Assembly (NCBI GenBank): GCA_002269645.1
Contig: NIVC01001070.1
Span: 58,492 to 122,491, forward strand
Reading direction: 5' to 3'
From: Macrostomum lignano
Lineage: Eukaryota
Length of the DNA: 64,000 bases
Positions within the stretch are counted from its first letter, which is position 1. Each line of letters begins with the position of its first letter. Both the position numbers and the translations under genes were made by a program. This document shows positions 40,755-53,500 of this stretch, piece after piece. A model generated the notes under the pieces. The model saw only the letters and a program-made list of their open reading frames with translations. It had not been told where the DNA came from and searched no databases.

Positions 40755-43700
40755 GATAAAAGAAACAGCAACATTAGCTACTTCGATAAAAGAAACAGCA
40801 ACATTAGCTACTTGGATAAAAGAAACAGCAACATTAGCTACTTGGATAAAAGAAACAGCAACATTAGCCACTTCGATAAAAGAAACAGCAACATTAGCCA
40901 CTTCGATAAAAGAAACAGCAACATTAGCTACTTCGATAAAAGAAACAGCAACATTAGCTACTTCGATAAAAGAAACAGCAACATTAGCTACTTGGATAAA
41001 AGAAACAGCAACATTAGCTACTTCGATAAAAGAAACAGCAACATTAGCTACTTCGATAAAAGAAACAGCAACATTAGCTACTTCGATAAAAGAAACAGCA
41101 ACATTAGCTACTTCGATAAAAGAAACAGCAACATTAGCTACTTCGATAAAAGAAACAGCAACATTAGCTACTTCGATAAAAGAAACAGCAACATTAGCCA
41201 CTTCGATAAAAGAAACAGCAACATTAGCCACTTCGATAAAAGAAACAGCAACATTAGCTACTTGGATAAAAGAAACAGCAACATTAGCTACTTCGATAAA
41301 AGAAACAGCAACATTAGCTACTTCGATAAAAGAAACAGCAACATTAGCTACTTCGATAAAAGAAACAGCAACATTAGCTACTTCGATAAAAGAAACAGCA
41401 ACATTAGCTACTTCGATAAAAGAAACAGCAACATTAGCTACTTGGATCAAAGAAACAGCAACATTAGCTACTTGGATAAAAGAAACAGCAACATTAGCTA
41501 CTTCGATAAAAGAAACAGCAACATTAGCTACTTGGATAAAAGAAACAGCAACATTAGCTACTTGGATAAAAGAAACAGCAACATTAGCTACTTGGATAAA
41601 AGAAACAGCAACATTAGCTACTTCGATAAAAGAAACAGCAACATTAGCTACTTGGATAAAAGAAACAGCAACATTAGCTACTTGGATAAAAGAAACAGCA
41701 ACATTAGCCACTTCGATAAAAGAAACAGCAACATTAGCTACTTCGATAAAAGAAACAGCAACATTAGCTACTTCGATAAAAGAAACAGCAACATTAGCTA
41801 CTTCGATAAAAGAAACAGCAACATTAGCCACTTCGATAAAAGAAACAGCAACATTAGCTACTTGATAAAAGAAACAGCAACATTAGCTACTTGATAAAAG
41901 AAACAGCAACATTAGCTACTTCGATAAAAGAAACAGCAACATTAGCCACTTCGATAAAAGAAACAGCAACATTAGCTACTTCGATAAAAGAAACAGCAAC
42001 ATTAGCTACTTCGATAAAAGAAACAGCAACATTAGCTACTTCGATAAAAGAAACAGCAACATTAGCTACTTCGATAAAAGAAACAGCAACATTAGCTACT
42101 TCGATAAAAGAAACAGCAACATTAGCTACTTCGATAAAAGAAACAGCAACATTAGCCACTTCGATAAAAGAAACAGCAACATTAGCCACTTCGATAAAAG
42201 AAACAGCAACATTAGCTACTTGGATAAAAGAAACAGCAACATTAGCTACTTCGATAAAAGAAACAGCAACATTAGCTACTTCGATAAAAGAAACAGCAAC
42301 ATTAGCTACTTCGATAAAAGAAACAGCAACATTAGCTACTTCGATAAAAGAAACAGCAACATTAGCTACTTCGATAAAAGAAACAGCAACATTAGCTACT
42401 TCGATAAAAGAAACAGCAACATTAGCTACTTCGATAAAAGAAACAGCAACATTAGCTACTTCGATAAAAGAAACAGCAACATTAGCTACTTGGATAAAAG
42501 AAACAGCAACATTAGCTACTTCGATAAAAGAAACAGCAACATTAGCTACTTCGATAAAAGAAACAGCAACATTAGCTACTTCGATAAAAGAAACAGCAAC
42601 ATTAGCTACTTGATAAAAGAAACAGCAACATTAGCTACTTGATAAAAGAAACAGCAACATTAGCTACTTCGATAAAAGAAACAGCAACATTAGCTACTTC
42701 GATAAAAGAAACAGCAACATTAGCTACTTGATAAAAGAAACAGCAACATTAGCTACTTCGATAAAAGAAACAGCAACATTAGCTACTTCGATAAAAGAAA
42801 CAGCAACATTAGCTACTTCGATAAAAGAAACAGCAACATTAGCTACTTCGATAAAAGAAACAGCAACATTAGCTACTTCGATAAAAGAAACAGCAACATT
42901 AGCTACTTCGATAAAAGAAACAGCAACATTAGCTACTTCGATAAAAGAAACAGCAACATTAGCTACTTCGATAAAAGAAACAGCAACATTAGCTACTTCG
43001 ATAAAAGAAACAGCAACATTAGCTACTTCGATAAAAGAAACAGCAACATTAGCTACTTCGATAAAAGAAACAGCAACATTAGCTACTTCGATAAAAGAAA
43101 CAGCAACATTAGCTACTTCGATAAAAGAAACAGCAACATTAGCTACTTCGATAAAAGAAACAGCAACATTAGCTACTTCGATAAAAGAAACAGCAACATT
43201 AGCTACTTCGATAAAAGAAACAGCAACATTAGCTACTTCGATAAAAGAAACAGCAACATTAGCTACTTCGATAAAAGAAACAGCAACATTAGCTACTTCG
43301 ATAAAAGAAACAGCAACATTAGCTACTTGATAAAAGAAACAGCAACATTAGCTACTTCGATAAAAGAAACAGCAACATTAGCTACTTCGATAAAAGAAAC
43401 AGCAACATTAGCTACTTCGATAAAAGAAACAGCAACATTAGCTACTTCGATAAAAGAAACAGCAACATTAGCTACTTCGATAAAAGAAACAGCAACATTA
43501 GCTACTTCGATAAAAGAAACAGCAACATTAGCTACTTCGATAAAAGAAACAGCAACATTAGCTACTTCGATAAAAGAAACAGCAACATTAGCTACTTCGA
43601 TAAAAGAAACAGCAACATTAGCTACTTCGATAAAAGAAACAGCAACATTAGCTACTTCGATAAAAGAAACAGCAACATTAGCTACTTCGATAAAAGAAAC

Positions 43701-46700
43701 AGCAACATTAGCTACTTCGATAAAAGAAACAGCAACATTAGCTACTTCGATAAAAGAAACAGCAACATTAGCTACTTCGATAAAAGAAACAGCAACATTA
43801 GCTACTTCGATAAAAGAAACAGCAACATTAGCTACTTCGATAAAAGAAACAGCAACATTAGCTACTTCGATAAAAGAAACAGCAACATTAGCTACTTCGA
43901 TAAAAGAAACAGCAACATTAGCTACTTCGATAAAAGAAACAGCAACATTAGCTACTTCGATAAAAGAAACAGCAACATTAGCTACTTCGATAAAAGAAAC
44001 AGCAACATTAGCTACTTCGATAAAAGAAACAGCAACATTAGCTACTTCGATAAAAGAAACAGCAACATTAGCTACTTCGATAAAAGAAACAGCAACATTA
44101 GCTACTTCGATAAAAGAAACAGCAACATTAGCTACTTCGATAAAAGAAACAGCAACATTAGCTACTTCGATAAAAGAAACAGCAACATTAGCTACTTCGA
44201 TAAAAGAAACAGCAACATTAGCTACTTCGATAAAAGAAACAGCAACATTAGCTACTTCGATAAAAGAAACAGCAACATTAGCTACTTCGATAAAAGAAAC
44301 AGCAACATTAGCTACTTCGATAAAAGAAACAGCAACATTAGCTACTTCGATAAAAGAAACAGCAACATTAGCTACTTCGATAAAAGAAACAGCAACATTA
44401 GCTACTTCGATAAAAGAAACAGCAACATTAGCTACTTCGATAAAAGAAACAGCAACATTAGCTACTTCGATAAAAGAAACAGCAACATTAGCTACTTCGA
44501 TAAAAGAAACAGCAACATTAGCTACTTCGATAAAAGAAACAGCAACATTAGCTACTTCGATAAAAGAAACAGCAACATTAGCTACTTCGATAAAAGAAAC
44601 AGCAACATTAGCTACTTCGATAAAAGAAACAGCAACATTAGCTACTTCGATAAAAGAAACAGCAACATTAGCTACTTCGATAAAAGAAACAGCAACATTA
44701 GCTACTTCGATAAAAGAAACAGCAACATTAGCTACTTCGATAAAAGAAACAGCAACATTAGCTACTTCGATAAAAGAAACAGCAACATTAGCTACTTCGA
44801 TAAAAGAAACAGCAACATTAGCTACTTCGATAAAAGAAACAGCAACATTAGCTACTTCGATAAAAGAAACAGCAACATTAGCTACTTCGATAAAAGAAAC
44901 AGCAACATTAGCTACTTCGATAAAAGAAACAGCAACATTAGCTACTTCGATAAAAGAAACAGCAACATTAGCTACTTCGATAAAAGAAACAGCAACATTA
45001 GCTACTTCGATAAAAGAAACAGCAACATTAGCTACTTCGATAAAAGAAACAGCAACATTAGCTACTTCGATAAAAGAAACAGCAACATTAGCTACTTCGA
45101 TAAAAGAAACAGCAACATTAGCTACTTCGATAAAAGAAACAGCAACATTAGCTACTTCGATAAAAGAAACAGCAACATTAGCTACTTCGATAAAAGAAAC
45201 AGCAACATTAGCTACTTCGATAAAAGAAACAGCAACATTAGCTACTTCGATAAAAGAAACAGCAACATTAGCTACTTCGATAAAAGAAACAGCAACATTA
45301 GCTACTTCGATAAAAGAAACAGCAACATTAGCTACTTCGATAAAAGAAACAGCAACATTAGCTACTTCGATAAAAGAAACAGCAACATTAGCTACTTCGA
45401 TAAAAGAAACAGCAACATTAGCTACTTCGATAAAAGAAACAGCAACATTAGCTACTTCGATAAAAGAAACAGCAACATTAGCTACTTCGATAAAAGAAAC
45501 AGCAACATTAGCTACTTCGATAAAAGAAACAGCAACATTAGCTACTTCGATAAAAGAAACAGCAACATTAGCTACTTCGATAAAAGAAACAGCAACATTA
45601 GCTACTTCGATAAAAGAAACAGCAACATTAGCTACTTCGATAAAAGAAACAGCAACATTAGCTACTTCGATAAAAGAAACAGCAACATTAGCTACTTCGA
45701 TAAAAGAAACAGCAACATTAGCTACTTCGATAAAAGAAACAGCAACATTAGCTACTTCGATAAAAGAAACAGCAACATTAGCTACTTCGATAAAAGAAAC
45801 AGCAACATTAGCTACTTCGATAAAAGAAACAGCAACATTAGCTACTTCGATAAAAGAAACAGCAACATTAGCTACTTCGATAAAAGAAACAGCAACATTA
45901 GCTACTTCGATAAAAGAAACAGCAACATTAGCTACTTCGATAAAAGAAACAGCAACATTAGCTACTTCGATAAAAGAAACAGCAACATTAGCTACTTCGA
46001 TAAAAGAAACAGCAACATTAGCTACTTCGATAAAAGAAACAGCAACATTAGCTACTTCGATAAAAGAAACAGCAACATTAGCTACTTCGATAAAAGAAAC
46101 AGCAACATTAGCTACTTCGATAAAAGAAACAGCAACATTAGCTACTTCGATAAAAGAAACAGCAACATTAGCTACTTCGATAAAAGAAACAGCAACATTA
46201 GCTACTTCGATAAAAGAAACAGCAACATTAGCTACTTCGATAAAAGAAACAGCAACATTAGCTACTTCGATAAAAGAAACAGCAACATTAGCTACTTCGA
46301 TAAAAGAAACAGCAACATTAGCTACTTCGATAAAAGAAACAGCAACATTAGCTACTTCGATAAAAGAAACAGCAACATTAGCTACTTCGATAAAAGAAAC
46401 AGCAACATTAGCTACTTCGATAAAAGAAACAGCAACATTAGCTACTTCGATAAAAGAAACAGCAACATTAGCTACTTCGATAAAAGAAACAGCAACATTA
46501 GCTACTTCGATAAAAGAAACAGCAACATTAGCTACTTCGATAAAAGAAACAGCAACATTAGCTACTTCGATAAAAGAAACAGCAACATTAGCTACTTCGA
46601 TAAAAGAAACAGCAACATTAGCTACTTCGATAAAAGAAACAGCAACATTAGCTACTTCGATAAAAGAAACAGCAACATTAGCTACTTCGATAAAAGAAAC

Positions 46701-49700
46701 AGCAACATTAGCTACTTCGATAAAAGAAACAGCAACATTAGCTACTTCGATAAAAGAAACAGCAACATTAGCTACTTCGATAAAAGAAACAGCAACATTA
46801 GCTACTTCGATAAAAGAAACAGCAACATTAGCTACTTCGATAAAAGAAACAGCAACATTAGCTACTTGATAAAAGAAACAGCAACATTAGCTACTTCGAT
46901 AAAAGAAACAGCAACATTAGCTACTTCGATAAAAGAAACAGCAACATTAGCTACTTCGATAAAAGAAACAGCAACATTAGCTACTTCGATAAAAGAAACA
47001 GCAACATTAGCTACTTCGATAAAAGAAACAGCAACATTAGCTACTTCGATAAAAGAAACAGCAACATTAGCTACTTCGATAAAAGAAACAGCAACATTAG
47101 CTACTTCGATAAAAGAAACAGCAACATTAGCTACTTGATAAAAGAAACAGCAACATTAGCTACTTCGATAAAAGAAACAGCAACATTAGCTACTTCGATA
47201 AAAGAAACAGCAACATTAGCTACTTCGATAAAAGAAACAGCAACATTAGCTACTTCGATAAAAGAAACAGCAACATTAGCTACTTCGATAAAAGAAACAG
47301 CAACATTAGCTACTTCGATAAAAGAAACAGCAACATTAGCTACTTCGATAAAAGAAACAGCAACATTAGCTACTTCGATAAAAGAAACAGCAACATTAGC
47401 TACTTCGATAAAAGAAACAGCAACATTAGCTACTTCGATAAAAGAAACAGCAACATTAGCTACTTCGATAAAAGAAACAGCAACATTAGCTACTTCGATA
47501 AAAGAAACAGCAACATTAGCTACTTCGATAAAAGAAACAGCAACATTAGCTACTTCGATAAAAGAAACAGCAACATTAGCTACTTCGATAAAAGAAACAG
47601 CAACATTAGCTACTTCGATAAAAGAAACAGCAACATTAGCTACTTCGATAAAAGAAACAGCAACATTAGCTACTTCGATAAAAGAAACAGCAACATTAGC
47701 TACTTCGATAAAAGAAACAGCAACATTAGCTACTTCGATAAAAGAAACAGCAACATTAGCTACTTCGATAAAAGAAACAGCAACATTAGCTACTTCGATA
47801 AAAGAAACAGCAACATTAGCTACTTCGATAAAAGAAACAGCAACATTAGCTACTTCGATAAAAGAAACAGCAACATTAGCTACTTCGATAAAAGAAACAG
47901 CAACATTAGCTACTTGATAAAAGAAACAGCAACATTAGCTACTTCGATAAAAGAAACAGCAACATTAGCTACTTCGATAAAAGAAACAGCAACATTAGCT
48001 ACTTCGATAAAAGAAACAGCAACATTAGCTACTTCGATAAAAGAAACAGCAACATTAGCTACTTCGATAAAAGAAACAGCAACATTAGCTACTTCGATAA
48101 AAGAAACAGCAACATTAGCTACTTCGATAAAAGAAACAGCAACATTAGCTACTTCGATAAAAGAAACAGCAACATTAGCTACTTGATAAAAGAAACAGCA
48201 ACATTAGCTACTTCGATAAAAGAAACAGCAACATTAGCTACTTCGATAAAAGAAACAGCAACATTAGCTACTTCGATAAAAGAAACAGCAACATTAGCTA
48301 CTTCGATAAAAGAAACAGCAACATTAGCTACTTCGATAAAAGAAACAGCAACATTAGCTACTTGATAAAAGAAACAGCAACATTAGCTACTTCGATAAAA
48401 GAAACAGCAACATTAGCTACTTCGATAAAAGAAACAGCAACATTAGCTACTTCGATAAAAGAAACAGCAACATTAGCTACTTCGATAAAAGAAACAGCAA
48501 CATTAGCTACTTCGATAAAAGAAACAGCAACATTAGCTACTTCGATAAAAGAAACAGCAACATTAGCTACTTCGATAAAAGAAACAGCAACATTAGCTAC
48601 TTCGATAAAAGAAACAGCAACATTAGCTACTTCGATAAAAGAAACAGCAACATTAGCTACTTCGATAAAAGAAACAGCAACATTAGCTACTTCGATAAAA
48701 GAAACAGCAACATTAGCTACTTCGATAAAAGAAACAGCAACATTAGCTACTTCGATAAAAGAAACAGCAACATTAGCTACTTCGATAAAAGAAACAGCAA
48801 CATTAGCTACTTCGATAAAAGAAACAGCAACATTAGCTACTTGATAAAAGAAACAGCAACATTAGCTACTTCGATAAAAGAAACAGCAACATTAGCTACT
48901 TCGATAAAAGAAACAGCAACATTAGCTACTTCGATAAAAGAAACAGCAACATTAGCTACTTCGATAAAAGAAACAGCAACATTAGCTACTTCGATAAAAG
49001 AAACAGCAACATTAGCTACTTCGATAAAAGAAACAGCAACATTAGCTACTTCGATAAAAGAAACAGCAACATTAGCTACTTGATAAAAGAAACAGCAACA
49101 TTAGCTACTTCGATAAAAGAAACAGCAACATTAGCTACTTCGATAAAAGAAACAGCAACATTAGCTACTTCGATAAAAGAAACAGCAACATTAGCTACTT
49201 CGATAAAAGAAACAGCAACATTAGCTACTTGATAAAAGAAACAGCAACATTAGCTACTTCGATAAAAGAAACAGCAACATTAGCTACTTCGATAAAAGAA
49301 ACAGCAACATTAGCTACTTCGATAAAAGAAACAGCAACATTAGCTACTTCGATAAAAGAAACAGCAACATTAGCTACTTCGATAAAAGAAACAGCAACAT
49401 TAGCTACTTCGATAAAAGAAACAGCAACATTAGCTACTTCGATAAAAGAAACAGCAACATTAGCTACTTCGATAAAAGAAACAGCAACATTAGCTACTTG
49501 GATAAAAGAAACAGCAACATTAGCTACTTCGATAAAAGAAACAGCAACATTAGCTACTTCGATAAAAGAAACAGCAACATTAGCTACTTCGATAAAAGAA
49601 ACAGCAACATTAGCTACTTCGATAAAAGAAACAGCAACATTAGCTACTTCGATAAAAGAAACAGCAACATTAGCTACTTCGATAAAAGAAACAGCAACAT

Positions 49701-50539
49701 TAGCTACTTGATAAAAGAAACAGCAACATTAGCTACTTGATAAAAGAAACAGCAACATTAGCTACTTCGATAAAAGAAACAGCAACATTAGCTACTTCGA
49801 TAAAAGAAACAGCAACATTAGCTACTTCGATAAAAGAAACAGCAACATTAGCTACTTGATAAAAGAAACAGCAACATTAGCTACTTCGATAAAAGAAACA
49901 GCAACATTAGCCACTTCGATAAAAGAAACAGCAACATTAGCCACTTCGATAAAAGAAACAGCAACATTAGCTACTTCGATAAAAGAAACAGCAACATTAG
50001 CTACTTCGATAAAAGAAACAGCAACATTAGCTACTTCGATAAAAGAAACAGCAACATTAGCTACTTCGATAAAAGAAACAGCAACATTAGCTACTTGATA
50101 AAAGAAACAGCAACATTAGCTACTTCGATAAAAGAAACAGCAACATTAGCTACTTCGATAAAAGAAACAGCAACATTAGCTACTTGGATAAAAGAAACAG
50201 CAACATTAGCTACTTCGATAAAAGAAACAGCAACATTAGCTACTTCGATAAAAGAAACAGCAACATTAGCTACTTGGATAAAAGAAACAGCAACATTAGC
50301 TACTTCGATAAAAGAAACAGCAACATTAGCTACTTCGATAAAAGAAACAGCAACATTAGCTACTTGGATAAAAGAAACAGCAACATTAGCTACTTCGATA
50401 AAAGAAACAGCAACATTAGCTACTTGGATAAAAGAAACAGCAACATTAGCTACTTCGATAAAAGAAACAGCAACATTAGCTACTTCGATAAAAGAAACAG
50501 CAACATTAGCTACTTCGATAAAAGAAACAGCAACATTAG
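40755..50539. repeat. 30-bp satellite, about 326 units (right arm, inverted relative to the left arm)
   Basis: Continuous GATAAAAGAAACAGCAACATTAGCTACTTC array on the plus strand. Confidence 0.97.
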
Positions 50540-53500
50540 TGTACTATAGAAATGAAGAGACCGATGGTCCGCCAATAACTATTTTGGAGCTGAGGCTCAA
50601 GCGAGACGCTAACAAAACGAAAAGCGTAAAACCGTACACAGGGCTAATAAGCCCTCTCGATGATATATATATTGCAGTCAGTCAGAATCAGCCAGCGTGG
50701 AGGGGGGTGGGTGAGATGGGCCTGGGCTAAATCAGCGTACATAGAAAATTGAATAATAAACACGTACGTACATTAAATCACGCAGTGGAATTGGAAAGAA
50801 AATCAATGCTTCAATCTACCTCCCAAACATACCCCCCACCTTGGCATGACAATGACAAAAACTATTCGAGGGATGAAACAATGAAAACGAATACGGTATT
50901 AGGAAAATATTCGAAAACGATGCGTGATACAAAATCGAACTCAAAAAGCAAAAAAACAACGTTGCATGAAACATTGATGGCGACATTGTGAATGGTAGAA
51001 AAATAGAGCAAAAGGTGAAGATAAGTACGCAGATCGTAGATGACAATCGAAAATTTTGCAGAAGTACGTCAGCTATCATATAAAATTTCAAAATTGAACA
51101 CGAACGCAGACTTCCGCCACCAAACGCAACTGAAACAAAAACTGAAACAACAATTGTAAGCATTGGGCTATCAAAAGGTCGGAACTGGCGCATAAACTAT
51201 GGTACTTCTAAGCGCAGAAAATCAAGCAATATTAAGTAGAGCTCAAATAATGCAAACATCGCTCGTAAAAAACTCAAAAAACGCAAAAGACAAACTTGCC
51301 GACAAATTCACTAAACCGTAACGACTGCTGTTCAGCAAAATTCACGCAAGAAAATAAATAGCTAAATAATGAATGTTAATCGCGTTGAACACTGAAAACG
51401 AAAATTGGGTTAAGACGGCAAAAACAGGGTGATTCCTATTAGCATGAAAGGGAAAGAAGACTTTACGAACAATGCAACAAACAGGAAAATTGAACAACTC
51501 ATCAGAAAAATTGCAAAACCTGACAAAGTCTAATTCTCTAGCAAAGGTTCGCAAACTAACCTGCAGATATTGGACACAACTTTGTTATTGGTCTCGTCAT
51601 TGTGCGATCACCGACTCTGATTGGGGCGACTCTCACGTGACCGTCAGGACCGCGCATGACCTCCAGCACGCGAGCCAGCGGCCAGTGACCCCGAGGCGAG
51701 TCGGGGCTCACCAGCAGCGCCACGTCTCCAGGTTGTAGGTCAGGCAGCTCGCGGCGCCACTTGCTCCGCGGTGCGAGTCCCGGCAGCCACTCGCGCAACC
51801 ACCGGCGCCAGATCTGCGACACCAGCTGCTGAACGTGACGCCATCTTCTTGAAGGACTGCGGGCGATGGCAGCGTCGACCTCCGGTGCAAACTTCCCGCC
51901 GACTTGCCCGATGAGGAAGTGATTCGGCGTCAGCGGCACATCATCACTCGGATGCGCCGTCTGGTACGTCAACGGCCTTGAATTCAGAAGTGCCTCCGCT
52001 CCAGCAAACGCGCTTAGCAGCTCCTCATCCGTGACGTCCGCCTCCTTCAGAATTGCCCAGATTGCCTTCTTCGCTGCTTTGATCATGATTTCGTGCACCC
52101 CACCGAAGTGCGGCGCAGCGGGCGGGTTGAAATGCCATCGCAACTGCTGAGAAGCCGTTCGCTGTTGAAGCTTCTGGGTATCCAAGACGTTTTCATCTTT
52201 AAAGGTAAATTCGTCCTGCTCACTCTGCCACGTGACACCCAGTGTCTTGGTGCATGGTAGTTCTTTGCTGTCCAAGGTAACTTCGGCTGCACGGTCTTCA
52301 GGTGGGATTCTATCGAGCACAGCTCTCGAGTTCGAGACCCACTTGCGCGCGTGCATGCCGGCGCGCCTCCAGAGCTCACTGAGTTGATCGTACAGCCTGC
52401 AGGCGGCTGCCTCGGTGGGCGCAGAGTCCAGGCTATCATCCATATAGGTAGAGTGCAGTACTGTCTCGGCCGCCTCTGGAAGCTCACCTTTTAACTTTTC
52501 AGCATGGCAGCGGGTAACGAACTGTGCCAAGAAAGGAGAGCTGGTGACGCCGAACACCACTCTGTTGAACTCGTAGACATCCGGTTGCTTTGAAGGATCG
52601 GCGTCCCGCCAAAGGAAACTGTGCAGCGGCCTATCCTTCGGGTCCATCTCGATCTGGAGATACATTTCCGCTACGTCGCATGCGATCGCAATCGGGTGTC
52701 GGCGGAACCGAAGCAGCACGTCAACCAAATCCCTCTGCAGTTTGGGGCCCTGGAGGATCTGGTCGTTCAATCTGGCAGCCGATGCATCAAAGACTATCCG
52801 CAATTTTGTTGTAGCCTTGTCTGGCCGCAGCACTGGGAAGTGCGGCAGGAAACAGCGGCCTTCAGTCTCAGCTTGCGACACTTTTCGGATATACCCTTGC
52901 TGTTCATACTTTTCAAGGATCTCCTGATACTGCTTGCAGACGTTCATATCCTTAATCAGCCGCTGTTCGGTGTTCTTTAGTCGCTTCAAGGCCATTGAGA
53001 AAGTGCCTGCTGGAGCCAGCCGATCCTTTTTCCATGGAATCCCGATCTGGTAACGGCCCTTCGTGTACTTTAGCGACGACTTGGCTTGCTGGACGGCTCT
53101 CTCCTCATCGGCGGTCAGCGGACTTCGATTGGCACCTTCTGAGACGTTCTCGATCTCCCAAAACTGCCGCAGGATCTTAGCCACCTGACCAGATTCGGAA
53201 TCGCAGCTGAAGAAAGTGGCAGCAAAATGGGCGTTCTGCATCTCAGAATTGTCCTGCTCTGTGCGACCGATGCACGTCCAACCCAGGGGAGTCAGGCGCG
53301 CCTTTGGCTCCAGCGGCTGTCCGACGATTTCCTTGAGGGACACGTGAAGATCCGGGTGATCAGCACCAATCAGCAAGTCCACTACTGCAGGCTCACACAG
53401 CTTCGGAAACGGTACATTTCTCAGATGAGGCCACTGCTGCGCTTCTTCGTGCCAGTCGACGCCTTTGAGGGACCCGGTCACGTGATCAGCGGTGAAGGCG

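Noticed and set aside
41860-50100. 29-bp units (ACTTGATA) as a possible higher-order repeat
   Set aside because: Spacing is irregular and the missing base is at the polymorphic C/G position, as expected from consensus ambiguity. Raw reads would be needed to revive it.
34748-50730. Very long ORFs ([30 protein letters not shown] repeats)
   Set aside because: They arise because the 30-bp unit is a multiple of three and stop-free in some frames. No independent sign of coding.
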